From assembly GCA_964514585.1 (NCBI GenBank), contig CAZETU010000006.1:10161-74160 (forward strand): DNA of 64,000 bases, read 5' to 3'. The notes beneath the pieces were generated by a model. The model was not told the origin of the DNA, did no database searches, and saw only the letters and a program-made list of their open reading frames with translations. The position numbers were made by a program, and so were the translations under genes. Positions 38,907 to 48,739 of this stretch are shown here, in pieces (position 1 is the first letter of the stretch; each line of letters begins with the position of its first letter). The DNA is from Candidatus Woesearchaeota archaeon (lineage in GTDB: Archaea; Nanobdellota; Nanobdellia; Pacearchaeales; GW2011-AR1).

Positions 38907-41015
38907 ATGAAAAGATTGGGATGCACCTTTGGTTTAGTTTTACTTTTTATGACCTCGCTTGTAGTTGCTCAAATTTCTTTGTCTGAGCCTGACAGCGTGT
39001 ATAATTTGGGGGATAGGTTGTATGTTAGTGCGTATGGTCTTCGAGGTAGTGACTCGGGTAATTTGAATATTGATTTGAAGTGTGGGAATTTTACTGTGAA
39101 TTTGGTTAAGCTTTCTGCGAGATCTTTTTCTCCCGATGAGGACCAGACTTATGCTATTCCTTATAAAATTTTGGATAGAGATGATTTAGAGATTGATAAT
39201 CTTAATCAGATACTTGGTACGTGTCAAGTTGTGGCTTCGTTGAGTTTTGGTGTTGCTTCGTCGGAAACTTTTACTGTTAGTAATAATGTTGTTGTTTCTG
39301 CATCTGTGGATAAGCCTTCGTATAATCCTGGTGAAGCGATTACTCTTAAAGTAGATGCGCTGAAATCTAATGGGGAGTTGTTGAATGGGTTTGTTGACGT
39401 TAGTAATGCGACGACGTTAAATAAGGTTATTGAGGGAGGTAGCGTTAGTGATACTTTTTCTTTGCCTGAAACTTATGAGAGTGGGACTTATTTTTTAGGG
39501 GTTCATGTTTATGATACTGGAAGTTCTGGAATTTTGAATGAAGGATATACTACTGTGTTTTTTGATATTAATCAAATTCCGACTTCGCTTGTTATTGGGT
39601 TGTCTGATGTTGAGGTAGTTCCTGGAGATAATTTTACTTTGGGTGGTGAGATTTTTGATCAGTCGGGGATTAAGATGGAGGGATTGATTGATGTTGTAAT
39701 AACTTCTCCTGATTTGGAAGAGATGGTATTGAGTATTCCTTCTGGTGATTTTAATGCTATTGACTTTCCGCTTAATTCTACTATTGGGATTTGGACTATT
39801 TTGTCTACCTTTGATGATATTATTAACGAAAGGACGCTTGAGATTTTGCCTGTTCAGAAGGTTGAGTTTGAGTTTGAGGATTCTGTTTTGGTTGTGAAAA
39901 ATGTTGGCAATGCTTTGTATAATAAAACAATTAGCGTTGAAGTTGGTGAGGAGGTAATGAGCTTAGAGTTGAATGTTGAAGTTGGCGAGGAGAGAAAGTT
40001 TGCTCTTGAAGCTCCGAATGGGGAGTATGAGGTTGTTGTTAATGATGGGGAAAGCGCTTTTAGTCGGCAGGTTTTACTGACGGGAAATGCAATTTCTGTT
40101 AGTGACTTTAAGGATGTTGGAATTTTTAAGAGTTATTCTATTCTTTGGATTTTTTTGATTATTATTCTTGGTTCTGCTGGATTTGTTTTCTTTACTCGAT
40201 ATAGAAAAACTAAGACTATTACTGAGAAGGGCAAGCTTTCCTCTGGTATTGGCGTTGTGAAATCGAAATTTGGGTTTGTTAAATCTAAGGTGAAATCGAA
40301 AGTTCCTGAGAAGGTGAAAGCTCATGTTTCGGATACTATGAACTTTACTAATAAGTCTCCGGTTGTTCAGGGTCTTGATTCAAAAAATTATAGTCATAAG
40401 GACAAGAGTATGGTTGATTTGACAAATAAGCAGATTGGGAGTGCTGAGTCGACTCTTGTTTTGAAGGGTGAAAAGTATGGGTCTAGTGTTGTTTCTCTTA
40501 GGATTAAGAATTATAATGATTTAAATGATTTAGCTAAGAGTTCTTTGTTGAAGATAGTTAATGGGGTCCGTGATACGAAGGGGCTTGTTGACTGGAGAGA
40601 TGATTATATTTTTATTGTGTTTTCGCCGTTAATGACTCGGACTTATCATAATGAAATTTTGGCGGTTAAAGCTGGATTTAGTATTTTGAAGGGGTTGAAT
40701 GATTATAATAAGAAGTATAATAACAAAATTGAGTTTAACATTGGAGCGCATGCTGGAGAGTTGATTGCGTCGAAAGCTGGTGGTAAATTTAAGTATACTA
40801 GTGTTGGGAATACGATTTCGTTTTCTAAGAGAATTAGTGATTCTAGTAGTGGAAAACTGCTTGTAAGTGATGAGATAAGGAGAAAGATAATTAGGGATTT
40901 GAAAGTTGATAAGGAAAAGGATATTGGGGACAAACCTGTTTATTCTGTTTCTGAGATAAAGGATAAAGCTGCGAATGCGGCGAAATTGAAAGATTTGTTG
41001 AAGAGACAAGGGTAG
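38907..41015 (+). CDS. Receptor-like membrane protein: extracellular Ig-like domains, one TM, cytoplasmic degenerate class III nucleotide-cyclase domain
   Basis: Signal peptide; TM SILWIFLIIILG; DDYIFIVF, FNIGAHAG, YTSVGNTISFSKRI, LLVS resemble cyclase motifs. Confidence 0.7.
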   Translation: MKRLGCTFGLVLLFMTSLVVAQISLSEPDSVYNLGDRLYVSAYGLRGSDSGNLNIDLKCGNFTVNLVKLSARSFSPDEDQTYAIPYKILDRDDLEIDNLNQILGTCQVVASLSFGVASSETFTVSNNVVVSASVDKPSYNPGEAITLKVDALKSNGELLNGFVDVSNATTLNKVIEGGSVSDTFSLPETYESGTYFLGVHVYDTGSSGILNEGYTTVFFDINQIPTSLVIGLSDVEVVPGDNFTLGGEIFDQSGIKMEGLIDVVITSPDLEEMVLSIPSGDFNAIDFPLNSTIGIWTILSTFDDIINERTLEILPVQKVEFEFEDSVLVVKNVGNALYNKTISVEVGEEVMSLELNVEVGEERKFALEAPNGEYEVVVNDGESAFSRQVLLTGNAISVSDFKDVGIFKSYSILWIFLIIILGSAGFVFFTRYRKTKTITEKGKLSSGIGVVKSKFGFVKSKVKSKVPEKVKAHVSDTMNFTNKSPVVQGLDSKNYSHKDKSMVDLTNKQIGSAESTLVLKGEKYGSSVVSLRIKNYNDLNDLAKSSLLKIVNGVRDTKGLVDWRDDYIFIVFSPLMTRTYHNEILAVKAGFSILKGLNDYNKKYNNKIEFNIGAHAGELIASKAGGKFKYTSVGNTISFSKRISDSSSGKLLVSDEIRRKIIRDLKVDKEKDIGDKPVYSVSEIKDKAANAAKLKDLLKRQG

Positions 41016-41062
41016 ATTGGGATTGTTTTAATGCATTGATTTATAAATTTGTTTTATTATTG

Positions 41063-42850
41063 TTAGTTATGAAAAATAAAAGAGAGGGTGGTAACCCTAT
41101 TTTGAATTTATTGAAAGAAGAGTGGAGATATCTTGGGGATAGGAAAGGTTATTTTATTTTGGCTTCGATATTTTTTGTGATTGCTAATTCAATAAATTTA
41201 TTGAATCCGTTGGTGATTGGAATGGTTTTTAATTCTGTTCAAGAATCTATAACTGGGATTTCTGAATTATGGAATTTGATTTTTTTAATTTCTTTTCTTT
41301 TATATATTGAAATAGGGTTTTGGATTTTTCATGGAGTTGGTAGATATATTGAAACTCGTAATGGATTTTTTGTTAATCGTAATTATATTAATTCTAAAAT
41401 AGGGAAAGTTTTAGATCTTCCCGTAAAGTGGCATAAAGATCATCATTCTGGCGATACAATAGATAAAATAAACAAGGGGTCTTCTGGGATTCATGCTTTT
41501 TCATCTGAAACAACTTTTCAGCTAATATCTTCTGTTGTAAAAGTTTTTGGTTCTTTGTTGATTTTATTTTTTATTGATCTTAGGATTGCTTTGTTTGCTT
41601 TGTTTTATTCTAGCTTTGTTTTATTTATTATTTTTAAAATGGATAAGAAACTTGTTGGATATTATGGACAATTAAATAAAAAATCCAATAGAATTGCGGC
41701 TGGGATTTATGATTATATTAGTAATATTATTACTGTTGTGACTTTGAGAATGAAGAAGACTGTTCGAACTGAAATTGATTCTAGATTAATGGATGCTGAA
41801 CTCCTTTCTAAGAAGACCTCTATTTTGAATGAATATAAATGGGGCTTTGCTAGTATTGCAATATCGTTTATGATTGTTTTATCTTTGAGTTTTAAGGCTT
41901 ATGTCGATTTCGTTTCAACTGGAATTATTATGATTGGAACTTTGTATATATTGTATGGATATTTGAATAATGTTGGGGATACTTTCTATTATTTTGCGAG
42001 TCTTTATGGGCGAGTTAGTAAGTATAATGCTAATTTAATGAATGCTAAGCCGATTGATGATGAGTTTGATAAAGTTAAGAAGGATGTTTCTAGGAATTTG
42101 CCGGGAGATTGGGATAGTATTGAATTTAAGAATATGGATTTTTCTTATAATCAAGATGGGAACACTAGACATTTGGATGGTGTAGATTTTAAGTTTAAGA
42201 AGGGCGAGAAGATTGCTTTGGTTGGTGAGTCTGGTTCTGGGAAGAGTACGATGTTAACTTTGCTTAGGGGGCTTTATTCTCCTGATGAGGGGGCTGTTTA
42301 TTGTGATGGCAAGAAACTTGATCACGGATTTGCGAGGCTGAAGGATCATATCACTTTAATTTCGCAGGAGCCTGAGATTTTTAATGATACTGTGAAGAAT
42401 AATATTACGATGGGGATTAGAACAAAGAATGAGGATTTGATTGATGCTATTGACATGTCGCAGCTGAAAAAAGTTGTTGGGAAACTGGATAAAGGTTTGG
42501 ATACGAATGTTTTGGAAAAGGGCGTTTCGTTGTCTGGTGGTGAGAAGCAAAGGCTGTCTTTAGCTCGGGGTTTGTTGGCTGCGAAGAAGAGTGAGATTGT
42601 TTTGCTTGATGAGCCTACTTCTAGTGTGGATAGTGAGAATGAGATGAAGATTCACGATAAGGTTTTTTCTAAGTTTGGGGAGAAGACGATTATTTCTTCT
42701 ATTCATCGGTTGCATTTATTGAATAAGTTTGATACGATTTATCTTTTTGAAAAGGGGAAGATTGTTGCTCATGGGAGTTTGGATGAGATAAAGAAAAATC
42801 CTAAGTTTGATCGGGTTTGGCGAAAGTATGGATTGAAGAGGGAGATGTGA
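41063..42850 (+). CDS. ABC exporter, fused permease/ATPase
   Basis: Six-TM region, GESGSGKST, LSGGEKQRL, LLDEPTSSVD, IHRL. The start is approximate (MKNKREGG); ORF track 41036. Confidence 0.9.
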   Translation, partial: LVMKNKREGGNPILNLLKEEWRYLGDRKGYFILASIFFVIANSINLLNPLVIGMVFNSVQESITGISELWNLIFLISFLLYIEIGFWIFHGVGRYIETRNGFFVNRNYINSKIGKVLDLPVKWHKDHHSGDTIDKINKGSSGIHAFSSETTFQLISSVVKVFGSLLILFFIDLRIALFALFYSSFVLFIIFKMDKKLVGYYGQLNKKSNRIAAGIYDYISNIITVVTLRMKKTVRTEIDSRLMDAELLSKKTSILNEYKWGFASIAISFMIVLSLSFKAYVDFVSTGIIMIGTLYILYGYLNNVGDTFYYFASLYGRVSKYNANLMNAKPIDDEFDKVKKDVSRNLPGDWDSIEFKNMDFSYNQDGNTRHLDGVDFKFKKGEKIALVGESGSGKSTMLTLLRGLYSPDEGAVYCDGKKLDHGFARLKDHITLISQEPEIFNDTVKNNITMGIRTKNEDLIDAIDMSQLKKVVGKLDKGLDTNVLEKGVSLSGGEKQRLSLARGLLAAKKSEIVLLDEPTSSVDSENEMKIHDKVFSKFGEKTIISSIHRLHLLNKFDTIYLFEKGKIVAHGSLDEIKKNPKFDRVWRKYGLKREM

Positions 42851-42911
42851 TGGGGAAGAGGAATTTTAAGTAAATCGGTAAGTTTAAAAGTTCTTAAATT
42901 TTGAAGTAATT

Positions 42912-42989
42912 ATGGCAAGTAAAAAAAGTACACGAATGAAAAATTCCGCTGCTAGCTTGGTCTGTGCTAACTTATACTGCGCTGGATAA
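42912..42989 (+). CDS. Putative 25-aa leader peptide MASKKSTRMKNSAASLVCANLYCAG
   Basis: ATG 29 nt after TTTAAAAG (42883); ends 57 nt before the ABC-F start. Confidence 0.45.
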   Translation: MASKKSTRMKNSAASLVCANLYCAG

Positions 42990-43046
42990 ATTCTGATCCC
43001 ACTCGGGACATTTATGCAAAATTAGTTAAATTTTATATCTATTAAC

Positions 43047-44657
43047 ATGATTTCTATTAATGATTTTACAAAAAGCTTTGAGAGAGAAAATTTGTTTGAA
43101 AACGTAAATCTGATTATAGGTTTAGATAAATGTGTTGCTCTAGTTGGGAAAAATGGTTCTGGAAAATCTACCTTTTTGAAATGTCTAGTTGGACGAGAAG
43201 ACTTTTCTGGAAGGATAGTTTCTGAGAACGTGAAGATTAGTATGATGGAGCAAGAAGGTAGTTTTGATGATTTGGATAGAACATTTAGAGATTACATTGG
43301 AGACAAGACAAGGAATTTAGAAGATGAAAAATTTGCGATGGAACAGGAGATGGGTAATCCTGATATCTATGATAATGATGATAAATTTAATTCTTTGATG
43401 GATAGATATAATCTTCTTTTGTCGGATGAGTCTTTAGATCCTGAAGATGTTAGATTGGTTGAAATTCTAAAGAAACTGAATATAGATGAAAACGTTTTAT
43501 GTCAAAAGATATCTGAGTTGAGTGGGGGACAGAAGATAAAGTTGCGTCTTGCGGAATGTCTTGCTAAAAAGGCAGATATTTATTTTTTGGATGAACCAAC
43601 AAACCATTTGGATTTGGGATCTTCAGAATGGTTGGGCCAGTATATTAAAGAGAATATTAAATCTTTGCTAGTAATTTCTCATGATAGGTATTTTTTAAAT
43701 GAGATAGTTGATGAAGTCTGGAAAATTGAAGATAAAAATTTTGAGAAGTATTTTTGTAGTTATGATGAATACGAGAAGAAGGAGATTGTTTATTTCAATT
43801 TACTGAGGAGGAAATTTAAGGATGCCACTAGGAGAAAGCGAGAACTTATGGAGTCTGCTGAACAAAAGCGTCATTGGGCTATGCTTGTTGGAAGTAAAAC
43901 CGCTAAATGCATTGCTGATAGATTAGAGCGGGAAGCTGAAGCTATTGAGATTGGAATTAACCCTGATGATTTAGTGATTAATGTTAAGATAGATTTTTCT
44001 AATAAAAAATTGCATAATTGTGAGATTTTTAGGCTTGCTGGAATGGCTAAAGAATTTGACGGAAATATTCTTTTTGATAATGTTGATCAAGAAATTAATC
44101 AAGGAGAAAAAATTGCGATTGTTGGAGATAATGGTACTGGGAAAACTACATTATTGAAGGTTTTGATGGGGATTGAGAAAGAAACTAAAGGTTCTGTTTT
44201 CCGTAGAGAAAATTTGAAGATTGGTTATTTTGACCAAGAATTAAGTGACGTGGACGGAGAGAAGACTGTAGAAAAATTTATTGAAGAAGAATGTGGGAGG
44301 GATCCTGCAATTTTGAGATCTACGCTTTCTAAGTTTAGTTTTGAGGATAAGTTTTTGGTCCAGAAGATTGGAAAGTTGTCTGGAGGAGAAAAGGGAAGAT
44401 TAAACTTGCTTCGAATTACTTTGGAGAATAATGAAGTTTTGTTATTGGATGAGCCAACAAATAACTTAGACATTCATCTAAAAGACTCATTAGAGAAAGC
44501 GATAAAAGAGTTTCCTGGAACGGTAATTATTGTTTCTCACGATAGACACTTTATGGATAGGGTTTCTACTCGAGTCTTGGATATCGAGGGTGAAGAGATT
44601 AAAAGTTACAAGGGTAATTATTCTGATTATTTGGAATTGAAGGTTAAGAAGATATAG
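43047..44657 (+). CDS. ABC-F family ATPase
   Basis: Two NBDs (GKNGSGKST/LSGGQK/LDEPTNHLD/SHDR and GDNGTGKTT/LSGGEK/LDEPTNNLD/SHDR), helical linker, no TM. Confidence 0.93.
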   Translation: MISINDFTKSFERENLFENVNLIIGLDKCVALVGKNGSGKSTFLKCLVGREDFSGRIVSENVKISMMEQEGSFDDLDRTFRDYIGDKTRNLEDEKFAMEQEMGNPDIYDNDDKFNSLMDRYNLLLSDESLDPEDVRLVEILKKLNIDENVLCQKISELSGGQKIKLRLAECLAKKADIYFLDEPTNHLDLGSSEWLGQYIKENIKSLLVISHDRYFLNEIVDEVWKIEDKNFEKYFCSYDEYEKKEIVYFNLLRRKFKDATRRKRELMESAEQKRHWAMLVGSKTAKCIADRLEREAEAIEIGINPDDLVINVKIDFSNKKLHNCEIFRLAGMAKEFDGNILFDNVDQEINQGEKIAIVGDNGTGKTTLLKVLMGIEKETKGSVFRRENLKIGYFDQELSDVDGEKTVEKFIEEECGRDPAILRSTLSKFSFEDKFLVQKIGKLSGGEKGRLNLLRITLENNEVLLLDEPTNNLDIHLKDSLEKAIKEFPGTVIIVSHDRHFMDRVSTRVLDIEGEEIKSYKGNYSDYLELKVKKI

Positions 44658-44702
44658 CTTGGCTTCTCCAAAGTTTTAAATAGAATTTTTTGTTTAATAT
44701 TT

Positions 44703-45755
44703 TTAGGTATTCCAATTATAATCTTTTAATTTTCCGTCTCGAATTGGGTCCCAGAAAGCTGTTTTGTCGTGTCCTAGAGTTTTAATCGCTCTTGCTAAAA
44801 GGATGTTTTTCTCTGCTAAGTGTGGTCTTCTTAGATGATCCTTTCTACTTATCGTTGGATCAAAAACTAACATGTTGTTTTCTAACTTTGTGTAGAAGTT
44901 TTCTATTAGGGCTCTGCTGAATAGTGGGAATGGGTTCATTTCTAGGGGAGTTAAATTATGGTCTTTGTTGCATTCTTTTATGACGGCGATGTAGGCTGCG
45001 ATGTCGTGGGGATAGAAGGTTATTACTTTACTTGCCTCTTGGTCTTCAGCACGAGTGTACCTAATATTTGTTACATCGTGTGCTACTCTTTGTGAAATGT
45101 TTCTTCCGTCTCCGTCTTGTATTTGGCTTGGCCTTAGAGTTAGAACTGTTGCTAGGTTGTCTTGGCTTCTTACAGCTGGTATATGTTCTAGCCTAAATAA
45201 GTAGTTTTGGATATCTCTTCTTCTTGATGGGACTTGAACCAAGGCGGAAGCTCCTTCTTGTTTTACTCTTCTGGAATCTTTGTATACTTTTGCCTTTATT
45301 GGCTCTGATGAATTTTCTGAATATGCGAAAAGACGAAGGGCTTCAGCTGCGAAAACATAGGGGATTAATCTTTTTGTTCTGTCTGACCAGTTTGGTCTGA
45401 AACTTATTCCTTGTGAAAATATTTCGTCTTCGCTGATTTCTTCTAGTTTGCCTAGGGCTTCTTTTCTTAAAACTAAAGGGGTGGTCGGGGAGTTATAACA
45501 TTCTTGTTTTGTTTGAGGGTGACCTATGTGGACGTATTCTCCGTGTTTGAAACATTTTCTTGATGCTTGGCTTTGGTGCACTGTATTTTTATGGTATTGT
45601 CCTGGGATAAGTTGGGTGTATAAGAGTATGGCTTGAGAGTTGCCGTCCATGTCGTAGATTCGCTCTACTAAATTATGTTGGCTACGGATCTGTTTAGTTT
45701 CTAGTTCTTTTATTTTTGTGTTCGTTCTTCGTTTGAAAAATGGTTTATTTGTCAT
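44703..45755 (-). CDS. Hypothetical protein
   Basis: 350-aa ORF with ATG; no recognisable motif. Confidence 0.75.
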   Translation of the reverse strand: MTNKPFFKRRTNTKIKELETKQIRSQHNLVERIYDMDGNSQAILLYTQLIPGQYHKNTVHQSQASRKCFKHGEYVHIGHPQTKQECYNSPTTPLVLRKEALGKLEEISEDEIFSQGISFRPNWSDRTKRLIPYVFAAEALRLFAYSENSSEPIKAKVYKDSRRVKQEGASALVQVPSRRRDIQNYLFRLEHIPAVRSQDNLATVLTLRPSQIQDGDGRNISQRVAHDVTNIRYTRAEDQEASKVITFYPHDIAAYIAVIKECNKDHNLTPLEMNPFPLFSRALIENFYTKLENNMLVFDPTISRKDHLRRPHLAEKNILLARAIKTLGHDKTAFWDPIRDGKLKDYNWNT

Positions 45756-45823
45756 ATAAAATATACGGCAAAATCCTTATTGTATTAGTGTGGTGATGTT
45801 TGTTACCACAATATTTATAAATT

Positions 45824-46549
45824 TTGATATCATGTATTATTATGGAATTAAGGGAAACTTTAGAAAAGATAGGGTTGACTAAAAATGAGTCAATTGTTTA
45901 TTTAATGTTGTTGAAAGAAGGGTCTAGTCTGACTGGGGAGATTACAAAAAAGACAGGGATTCATAGGAGAAATGTTTATGATATAACTTTGAGGTTGATA
46001 GAAAAAGGCTTGGTTGGATATATTGTTAAGAATAATCGGAAAATTTTTGAAGCGGTTAATCCGAAAAAGTTAAGAGAAATTTTGGATGAGAAAAGTAGAA
46101 TATTAGAAGAAAATTTTGATATTATGCAACAGATGTTTGTGGGACCGAAGGAAAAGCAGGAGACTTTGTTTTTTACTGGCAAGGAAGGATTGAAAAATAT
46201 ATTTGAGGATCAGTTGAAGGAAGGTAATTCTGAGGTTTTGATATTGGGTGCGAGTAAGGCTGCGTCTGAGATTTTTCCTTTTTATTTTAAGTGGTATGAT
46301 AAGGATAGGGTTCGGAAAAAGATTAAAGTTAAGATTATTAGTGGTGAGAAAATTGGGAAAGTTTCCATGTCAGAAGTTCGATATATAAGTGGTAAGTTTG
46401 ATAATCCTTTGGCGATAAATATTTGGAGAGATAATGTTGCGTTGATTCTTTGGAAGTCTGAGCCGTTGGCTATTTTGATAAAGAATAAGGAGATTAGTGA
46501 TTCATATAGGAAATATTTTGAGGCTATGTGGAATTCGGCTAGGAAGTGA
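45824..46549 (+). CDS. TrmB-family transcriptional regulator
   Basis: LEKIGLTKNESIVYL.LL, TGIHRRNVYD..L.EKGLV; C-terminal effector domain. True start probably MELRE. Confidence 0.9.
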   Translation: MISCIIMELRETLEKIGLTKNESIVYLMLLKEGSSLTGEITKKTGIHRRNVYDITLRLIEKGLVGYIVKNNRKIFEAVNPKKLREILDEKSRILEENFDIMQQMFVGPKEKQETLFFTGKEGLKNIFEDQLKEGNSEVLILGASKAASEIFPFYFKWYDKDRVRKKIKVKIISGEKIGKVSMSEVRYISGKFDNPLAINIWRDNVALILWKSEPLAILIKNKEISDSYRKYFEAMWNSARK

Positions 46550-46634
46550 GTTTGTTAGATAAGTTGAAAGAAAGTATAAGGGGGTTGCTTAGGTTTTTAT
46601 AGTTTGGAATTTATTTTGTTTAAGGAGACGTAAA

Positions 46635-47282
46635 ATGATAAAGGCTATATTTTTTGATTTTGATGGGACGATTAGTGATGCGATGGGGATTGGGTATGAG
46701 TCGATGATTAGGGCGTTTAATGATTTTGGGTATGAATTTGATAAAAAGAAGTTGCGTGGGTTGTTGGGGAAGAAAATGCCCCTTATTTTTGATGGGCTTG
46801 GGTTAGATAAGAAAAATTTTGATGCTTGTCATAAGCGATTTTATGAGTATTTTATGAGGGCGGCGTTGGATGGTGGAATTAAACCTTGTGTTTCTTTGAA
46901 GCCTTTGTGGAAAATGAAAGAGAGTTATCCCTTGGTTGTTGTTTCAAATAGTGAGACTAGTTTTCTTGATGCGTCGATAAAGAAGCTTGGGATTAAAGGT
47001 TTGTTTGATGGAGTTTATGGTTCTGATAAGTTTTCGAGTAAGGATAAGTTGTTAAAGAAATTGTTTAGGGAAATGAAAATTAAGCCATCTGAAGCGATTT
47101 ACATTGGGGATACTTTTAGTGATGTTGATTTTGCGAGGGATGCTGGTTGTATTGCGGTTGCGATTCATAATAAATGTGCGTGGTCGAGTTTGAAAGAGAT
47201 TCTGAAAGAGAAGCCTGATTATGTTGTTCGGGATTTTTATGGGTTCAAGAAAGTTATTGATTCTTTAGAGAAGGGAAACTAA
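46635..47282 (+). CDS. HAD-superfamily hydrolase
   Basis: AIFFDFDGTISD, VVSN, K, YIGDTFSDV. Confidence 0.92.
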   Translation: MIKAIFFDFDGTISDAMGIGYESMIRAFNDFGYEFDKKKLRGLLGKKMPLIFDGLGLDKKNFDACHKRFYEYFMRAALDGGIKPCVSLKPLWKMKESYPLVVVSNSETSFLDASIKKLGIKGLFDGVYGSDKFSSKDKLLKKLFREMKIKPSEAIYIGDTFSDVDFARDAGCIAVAIHNKCAWSSLKEILKEKPDYVVRDFYGFKKVIDSLEKGN

Positions 47283-47813
47283 ATATCCGAACGCGATTAC
47301 TCCCATTATTCTTGGGAATATACCGTAGATTAGGAAGTTTTTTCTTGAGATTTTTAGGGCGCCAAGGAGGACTGGAAGGTATGGGAGAGGTGAGACTGCG
47401 GCGATTGGGATAATTACTTTTCCGTATTTGTTTATTAGATAACTTGCCCTTTCTACTTTTTTTTCTGATACGAATAAGAGAACGCCGTCTATCATATATT
47501 TTTCTCCTATCATGAATCCTAGTGTTGAACCAATGACTGAGCCTAGGGCGACCATGACGATAGCAGTGAGCACGTTCATTCCTGCTAGTATACCTGTTGC
47601 TAGAATTATCATTGGTGAAATGAATTGGGGTAGCATGTCTAGAATGATTGAGATAAAAAATAGAGCTGGTGCACCGTGGGTGTATATGATGCTGTTTGCT
47701 GAGTCTTCAACTTTTGATATATTGACTAATCCGTAGATGAATAGTGCCAAAACTATAATGCTAATTATTATGTTTATCGTCTTGACGGTTTTTGCTATCT
47801 TTTTTCGTTTCAT
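47265..47813 (-). CDS. DedA/VTT-domain membrane protein
   Basis: GSVIGSTLGFMIG, AAVSPLPY, G.LKIS..FLIYG. Confidence 0.8.
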   Translation of the reverse strand: MKRKKIAKTVKTINIIISIIVLALFIYGLVNISKVEDSANSIIYTHGAPALFFISIILDMLPQFISPMIILATGILAGMNVLTAIVMVALGSVIGSTLGFMIGEKYMIDGVLLFVSEKKVERASYLINKYGKVIIPIAAVSPLPYLPVLLGALKISRKNFLIYGIFPRIMGVIAFGYLVSLL

Positions 47814-48289
47814 TGAATTTGATTTAGGGCTTTAATTATGTTTAATTCTAAGTTTTGATTCTTCTTTAAGAATTTTTCAAAAAGGGATTGAATTTTTTTA
47901 TCCTGTTTTCTTTTTGTGCCTTTGGTGTTTGTTAGTTTGGCATAGAGTTCGACTTCTTTATCTGATAGGTTTTGGAGTGGGGCATTTTTTGGAATTTTAT
48001 ATTTAAAGTTTCCCTTGAGAATATTTTTGAAAGTGTCTTCGGCAAATTGGGAAAGATTGTCGCTTGATAAATTTGGTTTTGTTGAATAGCTTACTTGGAA
48101 TTTTTTTTCTATTACTTTTTTTACGACTGAGGTGTTGAGGTCGCTTGTTTTTTTGAGAGCTATAACTTTGTTGTTGGGAAGCATGGAGTTTTTCCTGATG
48201 GTTCTAAATACTTTTCTTTCGAAATAGTCTATGAATTCTTTTTTTGATAATTTTTTTTGGTTTGTAAATTCCCAAACGTGGTTTGTCAT
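47810..48289 (-). CDS. Hypothetical protein, possibly a degenerate TtuA/Ncs6-like fragment
   Basis: FIDYFERKVFRTIRKNSML resembles the TtuA N-terminus, but the Zn-Cys and PP-loop are absent. Confidence 0.45.
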   Translation of the reverse strand: MTNHVWEFTNQKKLSKKEFIDYFERKVFRTIRKNSMLPNNKVIALKKTSDLNTSVVKKVIEKKFQVSYSTKPNLSSDNLSQFAEDTFKNILKGNFKYKIPKNAPLQNLSDKEVELYAKLTNTKGTKRKQDKKIQSLFEKFLKKNQNLELNIIKALNQIQ

Positions 48290-48322
48290 GTAATATGAAA
48301 CAATTAGGTATAAATAAGGATT

Positions 48323-48739
48323 TTGGTTTTGTTAATTATGATACATGCGGTTTTGTTGATTATTGAGAGAGACGGGAAGGTTTTGTTTGGGAAGCGAACA
48401 AAGCAAAGGGAATCGATTCCGAATAGATGGAGTTTGCCTTCTGAGAAGGTCGAGGGTGATGATAGTATGGAGAGTGCGGTTAGGAGATGTGCGGATAATG
48501 AACTTGGGGTTGTTGTGAATGATATTGTGGAGTTTGAGGTGTTTCATTATAACGATGGAATTGAGGATAAGGTTTTGCGTTTTTTGAAAATTGATGTTGA
48601 AGGAGAACCTTTTTTGAATAATTTAAAGGAGTTGTCTGAATTGAAGTGGATGAGTTTTGAGGAATTCTTTGGGATGTATGAAGATTCTGAGATTGGGCAT
48701 GGATTGCAATATTTGAGAAAGAAACTCGAGTTGGATTAA
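48323..48739 (+). CDS. Nudix hydrolase
   Basis: WSLPSEKVEGDDSMESAVRRCADNELG (variant Nudix box). Confidence 0.8.
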   Translation: MVLLIMIHAVLLIIERDGKVLFGKRTKQRESIPNRWSLPSEKVEGDDSMESAVRRCADNELGVVVNDIVEFEVFHYNDGIEDKVLRFLKIDVEGEPFLNNLKELSELKWMSFEEFFGMYEDSEIGHGLQYLRKKLELD

